NCBI GenBank assembly: GCA_963169575.1
Contig: CAUJGH010000040.1
Span: 1 to 35,435, forward strand
DNA from: Myxococcota bacterium
GTDB taxonomy: Bacteria; Myxococcota_A; UBA9160; UBA4427
Length of the DNA: 35,435 nt
Reading direction: 5' to 3'
The position numbers and the translations under genes are program-made. This document shows positions 8,428 through 16,530 of the stretch, one piece after another; the first letter of the stretch is position 1; every line of letters begins with the position of its first letter. The notes under the pieces were generated by a model. It saw nothing but the letters and a program-made list of their open reading frames with translations, made no database searches and was not told the DNA's origin.

Positions 8428-10697
8428 AGATCATTCCCTCGAGGTCCGATCGATCGTTTAGCCGAAGGATCTCCGACTCGCGCCGCCGGCTCTCCCTGCG
8501 TCGCTTCAAGAACCACCATGCTCGCACTGATGATCTCATCCATGTTCATCGGCGATTTACCATTAGCGGCCACGAGTCGAAAAACTTCAGCCACCGCCTC
8601 CCCCTGCCCCTTATCCTGATTCACCCCCCTGACCTTCTTCCCCCCCGGCAACACCGTCACCCGATAGTTGTCACAGCTCGCACTCTTCCCACCCGCATGC
8701 ACCTCGAACCGCGCCTTCGGCAGCTCGGTACTCGCGTTCGCCAGATACGAAATGCTCGCCGTCGACCCATCCGGATACGAGATCAACATCATCGTCGAAT
8801 CATCCCGCTCCGGATCCCTTCCAAGCGCCCGCGCCTGCACGCCGTTCGGAATCTGCCCGACCAAATAGGTGCAGAGATCCACGAAATGACATGCCTCGCC
8901 GACGATCCTGCCGCCGCCGATCTTCGGATCGGTCAGCCAGGTTCCGCCCGGCGTCGGGCCGGCTGCGACGACGTACTGGATCGCCATCGGGCCGCTTCGC
9001 TTCGCGAACGCCTCGCGGATGGCGCGCGCGTGGGAGGAGAAGCGGCGGTTGTAGCCGACCATGAGGAAGCCGTTCGTCTCGCGGGCGGCGCGGGCGACGG
9101 CATCGACCTCCTCCATCGTGAGGCCGACGGGTTTTTCGAGCCAGACGGCCTTGCCGGCGCGGAGCGCGGCTTCGGCGAGGGCGGCGTGGGAGTCGTGGCG
9201 GGTCGCGATGAAGACGAGGTCGACGCTCGGGTCGGAGAAGACTTCGGTCGGGTCGGTGCCGCAGGCGGCGAATCCGAAGCGCTGGGCGGTTCGGAAGGCG
9301 GAGGGGCCGGTCGCGGTGACGATCGTGCGGCGCGAGATGCCCTTGGTCTTCTCGAGGATCGGGAGCAGGACGCCCTTGGCGTAGTTGCCGGCGCCGAGGA
9401 AGGCGACGCCGAGGTCGCCATTTCGGGCTGCGCCGGCGGCGCGGTTCGGCGGCGTGCCCGCTTTCGCCGCGCTGGCCGCCGCGCTCGTGGCCGCGCCCGT
9501 TGCAGCGCTCGTCGCCTTGCTGGTGATGCCGGCCGTGCCGGCCCCGCCGAGCAGGAGGCTGCGGCTGCGATCGACGTCCTCCGCATAACGGAAGACGGCG
9601 GCGAGGGCGCGGCGCTCGCCCTTGGCGAGGGCTTCGTAGGTTCCGGTCGCGGATTCGAACTCGACGGTCTCGACGTCGAGCTTCATCGGATCGAGGGAGC
9701 CGCGGGCGGCGAGGTCGAGGAAGGCCTGGAGGTTGCGCTGTTCGGTCCAGCGGACGTAGGCGATGGGGTAGTCGAGGCCGAGCTCTTCGTAGCGGCGATC
9801 GTAGCGGCCGGGGCCGTACGACATGCTCATGCGGAGCTCGAGCTCCTTCTCGTAGAAGCTGCGGCGGTCGAGGTCCATGGCGGTCGCGCCGACGGCGACG
9901 ACGCGGCCTTTGTGCCGGCAGAGCTCGGCGGCGAGCTGGATGGGGGCTGAAGAGTCTGAGGCGGCGGTGACGATGGCGAGGTCCACGCCGTGGCCGCCGG
10001 TCGCGCGGGCGAGGACGGGATCGTGGTCGTCGCCGGGGGCGGCCCCGAATTCCATGCCGAGCGCGCGCGCCTGCTCGATGCGCTTGGAATCAAGATCGAT
10101 GCCGTAGACGCGGCAGCCGTTGGCGAGCAGGAGCTGGACGGTCAGCTGGCCGATCAGGCCGAGGCCGATGACGGCGACGACTTCGCCGAGGCTGGGCGCG
10201 CCGACGCGCAGGCCCTGCATGGCGATGGCGCCGAGGGTCGCGAAGGCGGCCTTCTCGAGGGCGAGGCTCTCGGGCACATGGGCCGTCAGGTTCTCGGGGA
10301 CGACGATGAGCTCGGCGTGGTTCGCGTAGCCGGCGCCAGCGCAGGCGACGCGGTCGCCGGGCGCGAGGGAATGGACGCCCTCGCCGACGGCTTCGACGAT
10401 GCCGGCGCTCGCATAACCGAGGGGCTGGGGGACGTCGAGGCGGTCCATGACGGTGCGATAGGTCGGAAGCGGACCTTCCTGGCGGAGCTTGCGGACGACC
10501 TGCTGGACGAGGTCGGGGCGGCTTCTCGCCTTGCCGAGCAGCGACTTTCTCGCGAAGTCCATCGCCATCTTCTCGGTTCCGGGCGAGAGCACGGAGAACG
10601 CGTTGCGGACGAGCACGAGCCCCGGCCCGACGGCGGGAGCGGGAACCTCGACGAGCTCGAGGGCACCGGTGCGGGCATTCTGGAGGATCTGCTTCAC
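8424..10697 (-). CDS. Bi-domain oxidoreductase: N-terminal zinc-type alcohol dehydrogenase (MDR) fused to a C-terminal Gfo/Idh/MocA oxidoreductase.
   Basis: 757-aa ORF with a GTG start at 10697, preceded by GGAGA 8 nt upstream. The N-terminal part carries MDR motifs (VLSPGTEK, GYASAGIVEAVGEGV, VIGLGLIGQLT). An Ala/Thr/Ser linker follows (SKATSAATGAATSAAASAAKAG). The C-terminal part has a GFO Rossmann (GVAFLGAGNYAKGVLLP) and EACHFVDL. Confidence 0.85.
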   Translation of the reverse strand: MKQILQNARTGALELVEVPAPAVGPGLVLVRNAFSVLSPGTEKMAMDFARKSLLGKARSRPDLVQQVVRKLRQEGPLPTYRTVMDRLDVPQPLGYASAGIVEAVGEGVHSLAPGDRVACAGAGYANHAELIVVPENLTAHVPESLALEKAAFATLGAIAMQGLRVGAPSLGEVVAVIGLGLIGQLTVQLLLANGCRVYGIDLDSKRIEQARALGMEFGAAPGDDHDPVLARATGGHGVDLAIVTAASDSSAPIQLAAELCRHKGRVVAVGATAMDLDRRSFYEKELELRMSMSYGPGRYDRRYEELGLDYPIAYVRWTEQRNLQAFLDLAARGSLDPMKLDVETVEFESATGTYEALAKGERRALAAVFRYAEDVDRSRSLLLGGAGTAGITSKATSAATGAATSAAASAAKAGTPPNRAAGAARNGDLGVAFLGAGNYAKGVLLPILEKTKGISRRTIVTATGPSAFRTAQRFGFAACGTDPTEVFSDPSVDLVFIATRHDSHAALAEAALRAGKAVWLEKPVGLTMEEVDAVARAARETNGFLMVGYNRRFSSHARAIREAFAKRSGPMAIQYVVAAGPTPGGTWLTDPKIGGGRIVGEACHFVDLCTYLVGQIPNGVQARALGRDPERDDSTMMLISYPDGSTASISYLANASTELPKARFEVHAGGKSASCDNYRVTVLPGGKKVRGVNQDKGQGEAVAEVFRLVAANGKSPMNMDEIISASMVVLEATQGEPAARVGDPSAKRSIGPRGNDL

Positions 10698-10718
10698 GTT
10701 CCCGATCTCCAGGGGCGA

Positions 10719-12212
10719 CTAACGCTCGCCCCGCTCCACATGCCCGACCCATCCCGCATGCGCCACGAACGCCCGGTCCCAGCGAATCTGCTCGAGCGTT
10801 CGCTCCTCTGCCTGCGCCGCGCCGCGCGCGACCTCGCCGACGCGCACGTCTTCCGGGCGCCGGACGGCCGTGATGCGCGGGCCTTCGTCTTCCATCGGCC
10901 CGCGCAGCTTTTCGAGCTTCTTCTCGTCGAAGCCCATGAGGCGCACGGCGACGAGGTCGACGGCGACAGGATCGGTGCCGGCGATGACGCGGCCGAGCGG
11001 GACGTCGGTTGTGGCGAGGGGGCCCTCGCCTTCGCCGGCGAGGACGCCGTCGATGATCGTGAGCACGGTTCGGACGGGGGCGGGCGCGTCGAGATGGAGG
11101 CCCGATTTGTCGCTGTAATAGAGGCAGCGGTTGAGGTCGCAGCACATGCGCCAGGTGGTGCGGTTGCCGTACCAGTTGCCGCTGCGGATGAACTGGTCGC
11201 CGCGCGCGGCGGTCTCGACGCGGCGGTAGGCGCGGAAGAGGCCGCCGAAGAGGCCGCGGGCGAGCAGCGGGCGGGCGATCTCGGTCGCGCGGCTGCGCAG
11301 GCGATCGATGAGGCGGCTCTCGGGGAATTCGTCGCCGCCTTCGCCGACGGCGCCGAGGCTGTGGTGCGGCAGCCAGTTCTTGTCGCCATTGATGCCGACG
11401 AGGTTCTTGAGCGCCAGCGTGACGCCGGTCTTCTTGTGGGTCTTGAGCTTGGGGAGATTGATCACGAGATCGGCAGACAGGACGGTCTCGGAGAGGAGAT
11501 AGGCGTTGCGGCCGCCGCTGTGCTGGGCGGCGGTCGGGCCGGGATCGTAGTCGGCGCCGCGGAAGCGGTTGGGATCGAGGCCGGAGCCGGTGAAGAAGCT
11601 CTTGTCGCCGAGGTCGACGGCGCGGTAGCCGGCGGGATCGCCGGGGAGGGTCTTGCGCTGAACGATGATGCCGTCTTCGAAGACGACGGCCTCGCGGCGC
11701 AGGTCGATCACCTCGAGCTCGCGGCCGATCGTCTCTTCGTAGTAGTCGACGATGGCGTCGAGGCCGACGATCTCGCGGATGCGGTCGAAGTCGCAGTCCA
11801 TCTGGGGCGCTTCGGCGATCGCGACGGTGCCATCGGGGCCGGCGGCGAGGAAGGCGTAGTCGGCGACGGCGCGCAGGATGGCACCATGGGTGATGACGCT
11901 GGCGACGCTGCCGCCGCGGCCGTCGGCGGCGGGGTTCCAGTGGCGGATGAGATTGGGCTTGAGGACGATGCGCTGGCCGGGGCGGACGAGGGCGCCGATC
12001 GGGTTCCAGTCGGCGGTGCCGAAGCGCTCGGCGTCGAGGCCAAGGCCGTAGAGCGCGGCGCGCACGGCGGCGTAGACCTCATTGACGCTCCCGCCCTCGG
12101 CGGCGCGCTCGCCGAACAGGCGCTCGAGCTCGGGGTAGTGCTTGCCGGGGCCCCAGGGCGCGGCGAGGCCGTCGTAGCCCGGGCGGCAATGGGCGAGCCC
12201 CACGCGGATCAT
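10719..12212 (-). CDS. DUF362 domain-containing protein.
   Basis: 497-aa ORF. Motifs VLKPNLI and INLPKLKTHKKTGVTLALKNLVGINGDKNWLPHH are typical of DUF362. The start overlaps the stop of the upstream gene (ATGA at 12209-12212). Confidence 0.75.
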   Translation of the reverse strand: MIRVGLAHCRPGYDGLAAPWGPGKHYPELERLFGERAAEGGSVNEVYAAVRAALYGLGLDAERFGTADWNPIGALVRPGQRIVLKPNLIRHWNPAADGRGGSVASVITHGAILRAVADYAFLAAGPDGTVAIAEAPQMDCDFDRIREIVGLDAIVDYYEETIGRELEVIDLRREAVVFEDGIIVQRKTLPGDPAGYRAVDLGDKSFFTGSGLDPNRFRGADYDPGPTAAQHSGGRNAYLLSETVLSADLVINLPKLKTHKKTGVTLALKNLVGINGDKNWLPHHSLGAVGEGGDEFPESRLIDRLRSRATEIARPLLARGLFGGLFRAYRRVETAARGDQFIRSGNWYGNRTTWRMCCDLNRCLYYSDKSGLHLDAPAPVRTVLTIIDGVLAGEGEGPLATTDVPLGRVIAGTDPVAVDLVAVRLMGFDEKKLEKLRGPMEDEGPRITAVRRPEDVRVGEVARGAAQAEERTLEQIRWDRAFVAHAGWVGHVERGER

Positions 12213-13621
12213 CGATTGTTCCCCTCTTCACCCATCTGCCGACCGACGGCGGATTTGACGGCCCGGAACTTACCATTGGGCTCGCGCGGGATCTCCTGCA
12301 GCCGGACGAGCTCGATGCGGATCTGGTCGCCGACACGCGAGCGGATCTCCTTGATCAGCCCGGCCTCGGCGCGCGCATCGAAGGACGGGCGCGGGACGAT
12401 GCGGACCTCGATCGCCTCGGGCGTCTCCTGGACGATCTGCGCTTCGGCGACGTCGAGCTGCTCCTTGAAGATGTGGTCGAGGCGGCCGATCCAGCGGCCG
12501 TCGGGGGTCACGACGTAGTCCTCGATGCGGCCGTCGACGTCGAGGAAGACGTCGCCGGGGCGGCCGCAGGGGCAGGGGCGCTTGGCGCGGGTCCCGACGT
12601 CGCCGATCCGGTAGCGGATGAAGGGCGTGGCATCGTTGGCGAAGCCGGTGACGAGCAGCGGGCCGCGCACGAAATGCTCGTTCTCCTCTTCGATCTCGAC
12701 CTCGACGATCCCGAACTCCATGTCGACGTGGAGCAGGCCCTCGCGGCAGGCGGTCATGGAGACGGCGAACTCGCTGGTGCCGTAGCGGTCGAAAATCGGG
12801 GCGGCGAAGGCGTGCTCGATGGTCTCGCGCTGGAAGGCGAGCAGCGATTCCGAGGAGGTGAAGATCGCGCGGAGCTTGCCGGCCGGGAGCGGGCGGCCGG
12901 CGTCGAGCATCGCGCGGCCGAGCAGGTGGAGCGACGAGGGATAGCCCTGGACATAGGCGGCGGGGATCGCGTGGAGCGCGTCGATGTAATGCGGAAGGTT
13001 CGCGCGCGTCATGTGGTAGAGGGAGAAGAGCGTCTGGCGGCCCCAGGCGTTCGTCCGCCAGTAGGGTGGGCGCGCCTGCGCCATCGGGACGAGCAGCTGC
13101 CCGCCGAACGAGAAATGCGGATCGAACAGGCCGATGCCGACGCTCGTGCGCAGGCGCCAGACGGCAGCGTATTCCTCGGCGAGGGCTTCTGGCGTGTACC
13201 AGAGCGGGAGCGCGGTTCCGGTGGTTCCGCTCGTCTTGCCCTTCAGCAGGCGGCGGGGCGGGATGTCGGCGGCGATGAAGGACTCGGGATCGACGCGATA
13301 GTCGGCCTTCTCGAGCACGGGAAAGGCCGCGAGCATCGCCTCGATCCCGCGCTGCGGATCCGCTTCGCAGCGGGGCTCGGGGAGCGCGAGCTTCGCATAA
13401 TGCGGGACGTGCCGGCGTGCACGCGAGGCGAGCGCGAAGAGCCGCTCCTGCTGGATGCCGTGCAGCCGCTCGCGGGAGGAGCGGCCGGATTCCTGCCATT
13501 CCCGCAGCCGGCGATGAAAATGGGGCGTGAAGCGCGTCCGGGCGCGGCGGTAGCCCGCCCAGGTACAAGCCAGGTTCTGGAGCGGGACCGGCATCGCTGC
13601 GTAGAGGCCGTCCAGCGTCAC
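12209..13621 (-). CDS. Phenylacetate-CoA ligase family (PaaK / CapK / F390-synthetase-like) adenylate-forming enzyme.
   Basis: This is the C-terminal 470 codons of the 872-aa track ORF. The real start is taken as GTG 13621, which forms a GTGA overlap with the upstream stop. It has the AMP-binding P-loop KGKTSGTTGTALPLWY, plus FDRYGTSE and a C-terminal NGKFRAV. The upstream 400 codons of the track ORF are Arg/Pro/Gly junk overlapping another gene. Confidence 0.8.
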   Translation of the reverse strand: MTLDGLYAAMPVPLQNLACTWAGYRRARTRFTPHFHRRLREWQESGRSSRERLHGIQQERLFALASRARRHVPHYAKLALPEPRCEADPQRGIEAMLAAFPVLEKADYRVDPESFIAADIPPRRLLKGKTSGTTGTALPLWYTPEALAEEYAAVWRLRTSVGIGLFDPHFSFGGQLLVPMAQARPPYWRTNAWGRQTLFSLYHMTRANLPHYIDALHAIPAAYVQGYPSSLHLLGRAMLDAGRPLPAGKLRAIFTSSESLLAFQRETIEHAFAAPIFDRYGTSEFAVSMTACREGLLHVDMEFGIVEVEIEEENEHFVRGPLLVTGFANDATPFIRYRIGDVGTRAKRPCPCGRPGDVFLDVDGRIEDYVVTPDGRWIGRLDHIFKEQLDVAEAQIVQETPEAIEVRIVPRPSFDARAEAGLIKEIRSRVGDQIRIELVRLQEIPREPNGKFRAVKSAVGRQMGEEGNNR

Positions 13622-14706
13622 AGATCCGGATCCGCTTCTTCCCTCTTCCCGATCCGCACCTCCGCCACGACCGGCAGATGGTCCGAAGCCCGCCGCGCCG
13701 CCGGCGAGTCGTGCTGCCGGACCTCGAGGACCTCGGCCTGGCGCGTGTAGATGCGGTCGAGGGCGAGCATCGGGCGGCCGGCGGGGAAGGTCGCGGGCCA
13801 GTCGCGGTTGTGATGGAGACCTAACGAGGCTTCGAGCGCCTGGGAGCCCTTGCATTTGCGCCAGGCGTTCATGTCGCCCATCAGCACGGCGGGCCCGCTG
13901 TTGAGCGCGGGATGCTCGAGCAGCGACTGGACCTGGCGATGGCGCGTGCGGTCGACGAGCGAGAGATGGGTCGCGACGACGCCGATGCCGGCGTGCTCCT
14001 CGCCGATGTACGCAGCGAGCGCCCCGCGGCGCTCGATGCGCGAGTAGGAGATGTCGAGCACCGAGATGGCCGTGATCGGATAGCGCGAGAGGATCGCGTT
14101 GCCGAGCTGGCCGAGGCGATGCTGGCGGGTCACGGCGAAGGCGAGATGCAGCTCGAGCTCGTCGCAGAGCATCCCGAGCGGATCCTCGCCGCCGCGCACG
14201 TCGAAGGCGCCGGAGAGGCTCGTCGAGGGGAAGGGCCGCAGGACCTCCTGCAGCGCGATGACGTCCGCATCGAGCTCGGAGATGACGTAACCCGCGCGCG
14301 CGACGTCCGGCTCGGCCCGGCCGTTGCCGCCCTGCCAGCGATGGACGTTGTAGGTCGCGATCCGCAAGTTGTCCCGCATCACGCTCGGCCGTATCGGCCG
14401 CCGCGGGCTCATCACGAAGCACAAATGGGGCGGGGCGGCGCCGGCCATCCGGTCCCGGGTCTGGTCGCGGAATTCCCGGGCGCGGGCGACGGATCCGTCG
14501 CGGGCCCGGCGCGCGAGATCCTTCGCGCGGGCGGTCGCCGTCGCCGTCGCCTTGCTCGCTGCCTGCGTCGCCTTGCTCGCCGCTTGGGTCGCCTGGCCGC
14601 TCGCGCGCGCTGCCTGGGCGCCAGCCCGGGCGGCCCGGACGCGGACGACCCGCGCCGCGCGCCGAACACCGCGCTTGCCGCGGGCGACCTGCTCGTCGAC
14701 TGCCAC
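13618..14706 (-). CDS. Endonuclease/exonuclease/phosphatase (EEP) family protein with a basic Ala/Lys/Arg-rich N-terminal extension.
   Basis: EEP motifs are present: RIATYNVHRW, ALQEV, ATHLS, GDMNAW, SDHLPV. The start is uncertain. I chose GTG 14706 because GAGGGAG lies 9 nt upstream and third-position GC stays very high in this frame back to there. Alternative ATG starts at 14448, 14412 and 14379 lack an SD. The track ORF (start 15426) overlaps the upstream gene and is rejected. Confidence 0.6.
   Translation of the reverse strand: MAVDEQVARGKRGVRRAARVVRVRAARAGAQAARASGQATQAASKATQAASKATATATARAKDLARRARDGSVARAREFRDQTRDRMAGAAPPHLCFVMSPRRPIRPSVMRDNLRIATYNVHRWQGGNGRAEPDVARAGYVISELDADVIALQEVLRPFPSTSLSGAFDVRGGEDPLGMLCDELELHLAFAVTRQHRLGQLGNAILSRYPITAISVLDISYSRIERRGALAAYIGEEHAGIGVVATHLSLVDRTRHRQVQSLLEHPALNSGPAVLMGDMNAWRKCKGSQALEASLGLHHNRDWPATFPAGRPMLALDRIYTRQAEVLEVRQHDSPAARRASDHLPVVAEVRIGKREEADPDL
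14546..14598. repeat. 21-bp imperfect tandem repeat (~2.5 copies) inside the basic N-tail coding region of the EEP gene.
   Basis: The units are gtcgccttgctcgctgcctgc / gtcgccttgctcgccgcttgg / gtcgcctggcc. On the minus strand they encode QATQAASKATQAASKAT. Confidence 0.8.
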
Positions 14707-14852
14707 TTCGCTGCGCTCCCTCGAAAAACGTCGGGCGACGAGCGCGGAGCCTAGCCCTTTGGCCCGGACTTCGCGGATCCCCTCGGCGACGACTCGAGGA
14801 CGTTCGAAGGCGCGCGCGCCCGGCCATTGGAGTCCAGTGGGGCCTGCCCGGT

Positions 14853-15437
14853 TCAGCGCGGCCGCGGCGGCGGCTCGGGCGGCAGATCGCGGCTCTCGAC
14901 GATGTCCCGCCCGGCGCGCCGGGCGTTCGCGATCGCGTGGTCGCAGAGCTTCCGAAGGACGTCCGAGAGCACGAGCATCACGCGATCCGACGTATTGAAC
15001 CCCGAGCCCTCGCGGATGTAGGTCTTGAGCTTGCTGGCGACGACCAGGATGTCGGTCGGGAGGCTCTCGTCCTCGTCGGTGTCCGCCGAGGCGCGGCGCA
15101 CGATCGTGCGCGGCGCCGATCCGGCCCCGGGGCTCGAGCCGGCCCCCGATCCGGCCCGGCCGGCGGTCGAGCCCGACCCCGAGACCGGTCCGTGGCCCGA
15201 GGTCGCCCGCATGCGCGGGGCGCCCTCGGGCGGATCGGGCACCTTCGGCGCCCGCTTCTCGACCGCCCAGGCCTCGCGGTGGCGCTCGGTCGGCAGGTGG
15301 ATCTCCCAGCAATCGACGGAGCAGAAGACCAGCGCCGTCCGCACGCGATTGCAGGTCGAGACGCTGCAGACCCAGTAGACCGCCGAGAGCGCGATGTCGT
15401 TCTTGCACGCGCTGCAGCGCCGCCATCGTTCGGCCAT
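14853..15437 (-). CDS. Zinc-finger (ZZ/cross-brace type) + histone-fold fusion protein (bacterial ZZ-histone-like).
   Basis: 194-aa ORF with very high GC3. The N-terminus is CSAC-x12-CSVSTC-x9-CSVDC-x3-H-x5-H (8 Zn ligands), followed by a G/S/A/P linker. The C-terminus is DILVVASKLKTYIREGSGFNTSDRVMLVLSDVLRKLCDHAIANARRAGRDIVESRDL. As far as I recall, this resembles Bdellovibrio-type bacterial histones / DUF1931. An SD-like GAGAGGGAGAAG lies upstream. Confidence 0.7.
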   Translation of the reverse strand: MAERWRRCSACKNDIALSAVYWVCSVSTCNRVRTALVFCSVDCWEIHLPTERHREAWAVEKRAPKVPDPPEGAPRMRATSGHGPVSGSGSTAGRAGSGAGSSPGAGSAPRTIVRRASADTDEDESLPTDILVVASKLKTYIREGSGFNTSDRVMLVLSDVLRKLCDHAIANARRAGRDIVESRDLPPEPPPRPR

Positions 15438-15543
15438 CGCGAAGCTCTTCTCCCTCTCTTCATCAGGGATTCGCCGAGGATTCTTCGGGCCCTCGTCGAG
15501 CCCATTTCGAGCCGGGCCGACCGACGAGGCCGGCGAGCGTCGC

Positions 15544-16530
15544 CTAACCCGCCTGGCCCTGCACCTTCGGCAGCACGTCGCGCCGGATCGTCTCGAGCGA
15601 CTCCCAGGCGTATTCGATCGGCATGCCGCCGCAGAGCGGCTGCAGCATCAGGGCGCCGTTGTTGCGGATCGCAGTGGCCGCCTCGTCCGGCGACAGGATC
15701 TGGTAGTTGCCGTTCTCGGCGCGCAGGGCCTCGACCGAGGGCGCGAGGCTCTTCGTCGCCGACTCGATGTCGTCGCCCATCCATTCGGCGTAGGCCTGCG
15801 CGTCGTGGAGCAGATGCGGGCCCCATTTCTTCCAGGCCGCGTCGGGATCGCGCGAGACGAAGACCGAGAGCGGGACGCCCGGCTTGGGGTTGATGCAGAG
15901 CCCGGGCTCGCGCCCCTCGGCGCGGCAGGCGTCCTGATAGATCTTCTCGAAGTTCGGATCCCCGCCCATCCCGAGCACCCCGAGCCCGAGCTTCGCCGCC
16001 CGCTTCGCCGTCGCCGGGACACCGCCGCCCAGCATCATCATCGGGCCGCCCGGCGTATGCGGCAGGGGCGTCACTTTGACGCGCCGCCCCTGATAGTCGA
16101 ACTCCTCGCCCTTCCAGAGCCGCTTCATGACCTCGACCGATTCCTCGAGCCGCTTGCCCCGGCCCTTCATCTCGCGGCCGAACATCGCGTACTCCGCCGG
16201 GACATAACCGATCGCGACGACGTACGAGACCCGCCCGCCCGCGACGAGATCGAGGACCGCCATCTGCTCGGCCAGCTCGACGGGGTCGTGGAGCGGCACG
16301 ATCAGCGCCGCGACCTGGATCGAGATCTTCTGCGTCCGCGCCGCCAGCGCCGAGGCCAGGATCAGCGGGGCGGGGAGATAGCCGTCGGCGGAGCGGTGGT
16401 GCTCGCAGACCTGCAGTCCGAGGCAGCCGTTCTGCTCGCCCCAGCTCGCCATCTCGAGCGCCGCCTTATAGAGCTCCGCGCGCGGTGCACCGATCGCCGG
16501 CGCGCGCATGTCGAATCGCATCGTGAACAT
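15544..16530 (-). CDS. LLM-class (luciferase-like) flavin-dependent oxidoreductase.
   Basis: The start is set at ATG 16530 (MFTMRFDMRAP), with a perfect SD AGGAGGA upstream; the track start at 16605 adds an Arg-rich leader. The sequence shows a TIM-barrel LLM pattern (LGLQVCEHH, ALIVPLHDPVELAEQMAVLDLVAGGRV). Confidence 0.75.
   Translation of the reverse strand: MFTMRFDMRAPAIGAPRAELYKAALEMASWGEQNGCLGLQVCEHHRSADGYLPAPLILASALAARTQKISIQVAALIVPLHDPVELAEQMAVLDLVAGGRVSYVVAIGYVPAEYAMFGREMKGRGKRLEESVEVMKRLWKGEEFDYQGRRVKVTPLPHTPGGPMMMLGGGVPATAKRAAKLGLGVLGMGGDPNFEKIYQDACRAEGREPGLCINPKPGVPLSVFVSRDPDAAWKKWGPHLLHDAQAYAEWMGDDIESATKSLAPSVEALRAENGNYQILSPDEAATAIRNNGALMLQPLCGGMPIEYAWESLETIRRDVLPKVQGQAG

Noticed and set aside
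9990-12518. 842-aa plus-strand ORF spanning three minus-strand genes. The 417-aa ORF at 8697..9950 is similar.
   Set aside because: The translation is Ala/Gly/Arg/Asp/Glu low-complexity with no motifs. The opposite strand encodes recognisable MDR-GFO, DUF362 and PaaK-like proteins. This is the typical antisense open frame of very GC-rich DNA.
12209-15426. The track ORFs 12209..14827 (872 aa) and 13618..15426 (602 aa) taken at full length.
   Set aside because: Their N-terminal halves overlap the neighbouring upstream genes in other frames and translate to Arg/Pro/Gly-rich sequence. Domain boundaries, GTGA overlaps and SD positions support internal starts at 13621 and 14706. The same reasoning trimmed 15544..16605, 20061..21599, 21323..22837, 28840..30540, 32034..34280 and 18056..18967.
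15438-15543. Hairpin gccgggccgaccgacgaggccggc as a terminator between the LLM gene and the histone-fold gene.
   Set aside because: Only 5 contiguous pairs form before a mismatch, and there is no T-run, so it is not supportable by eye.
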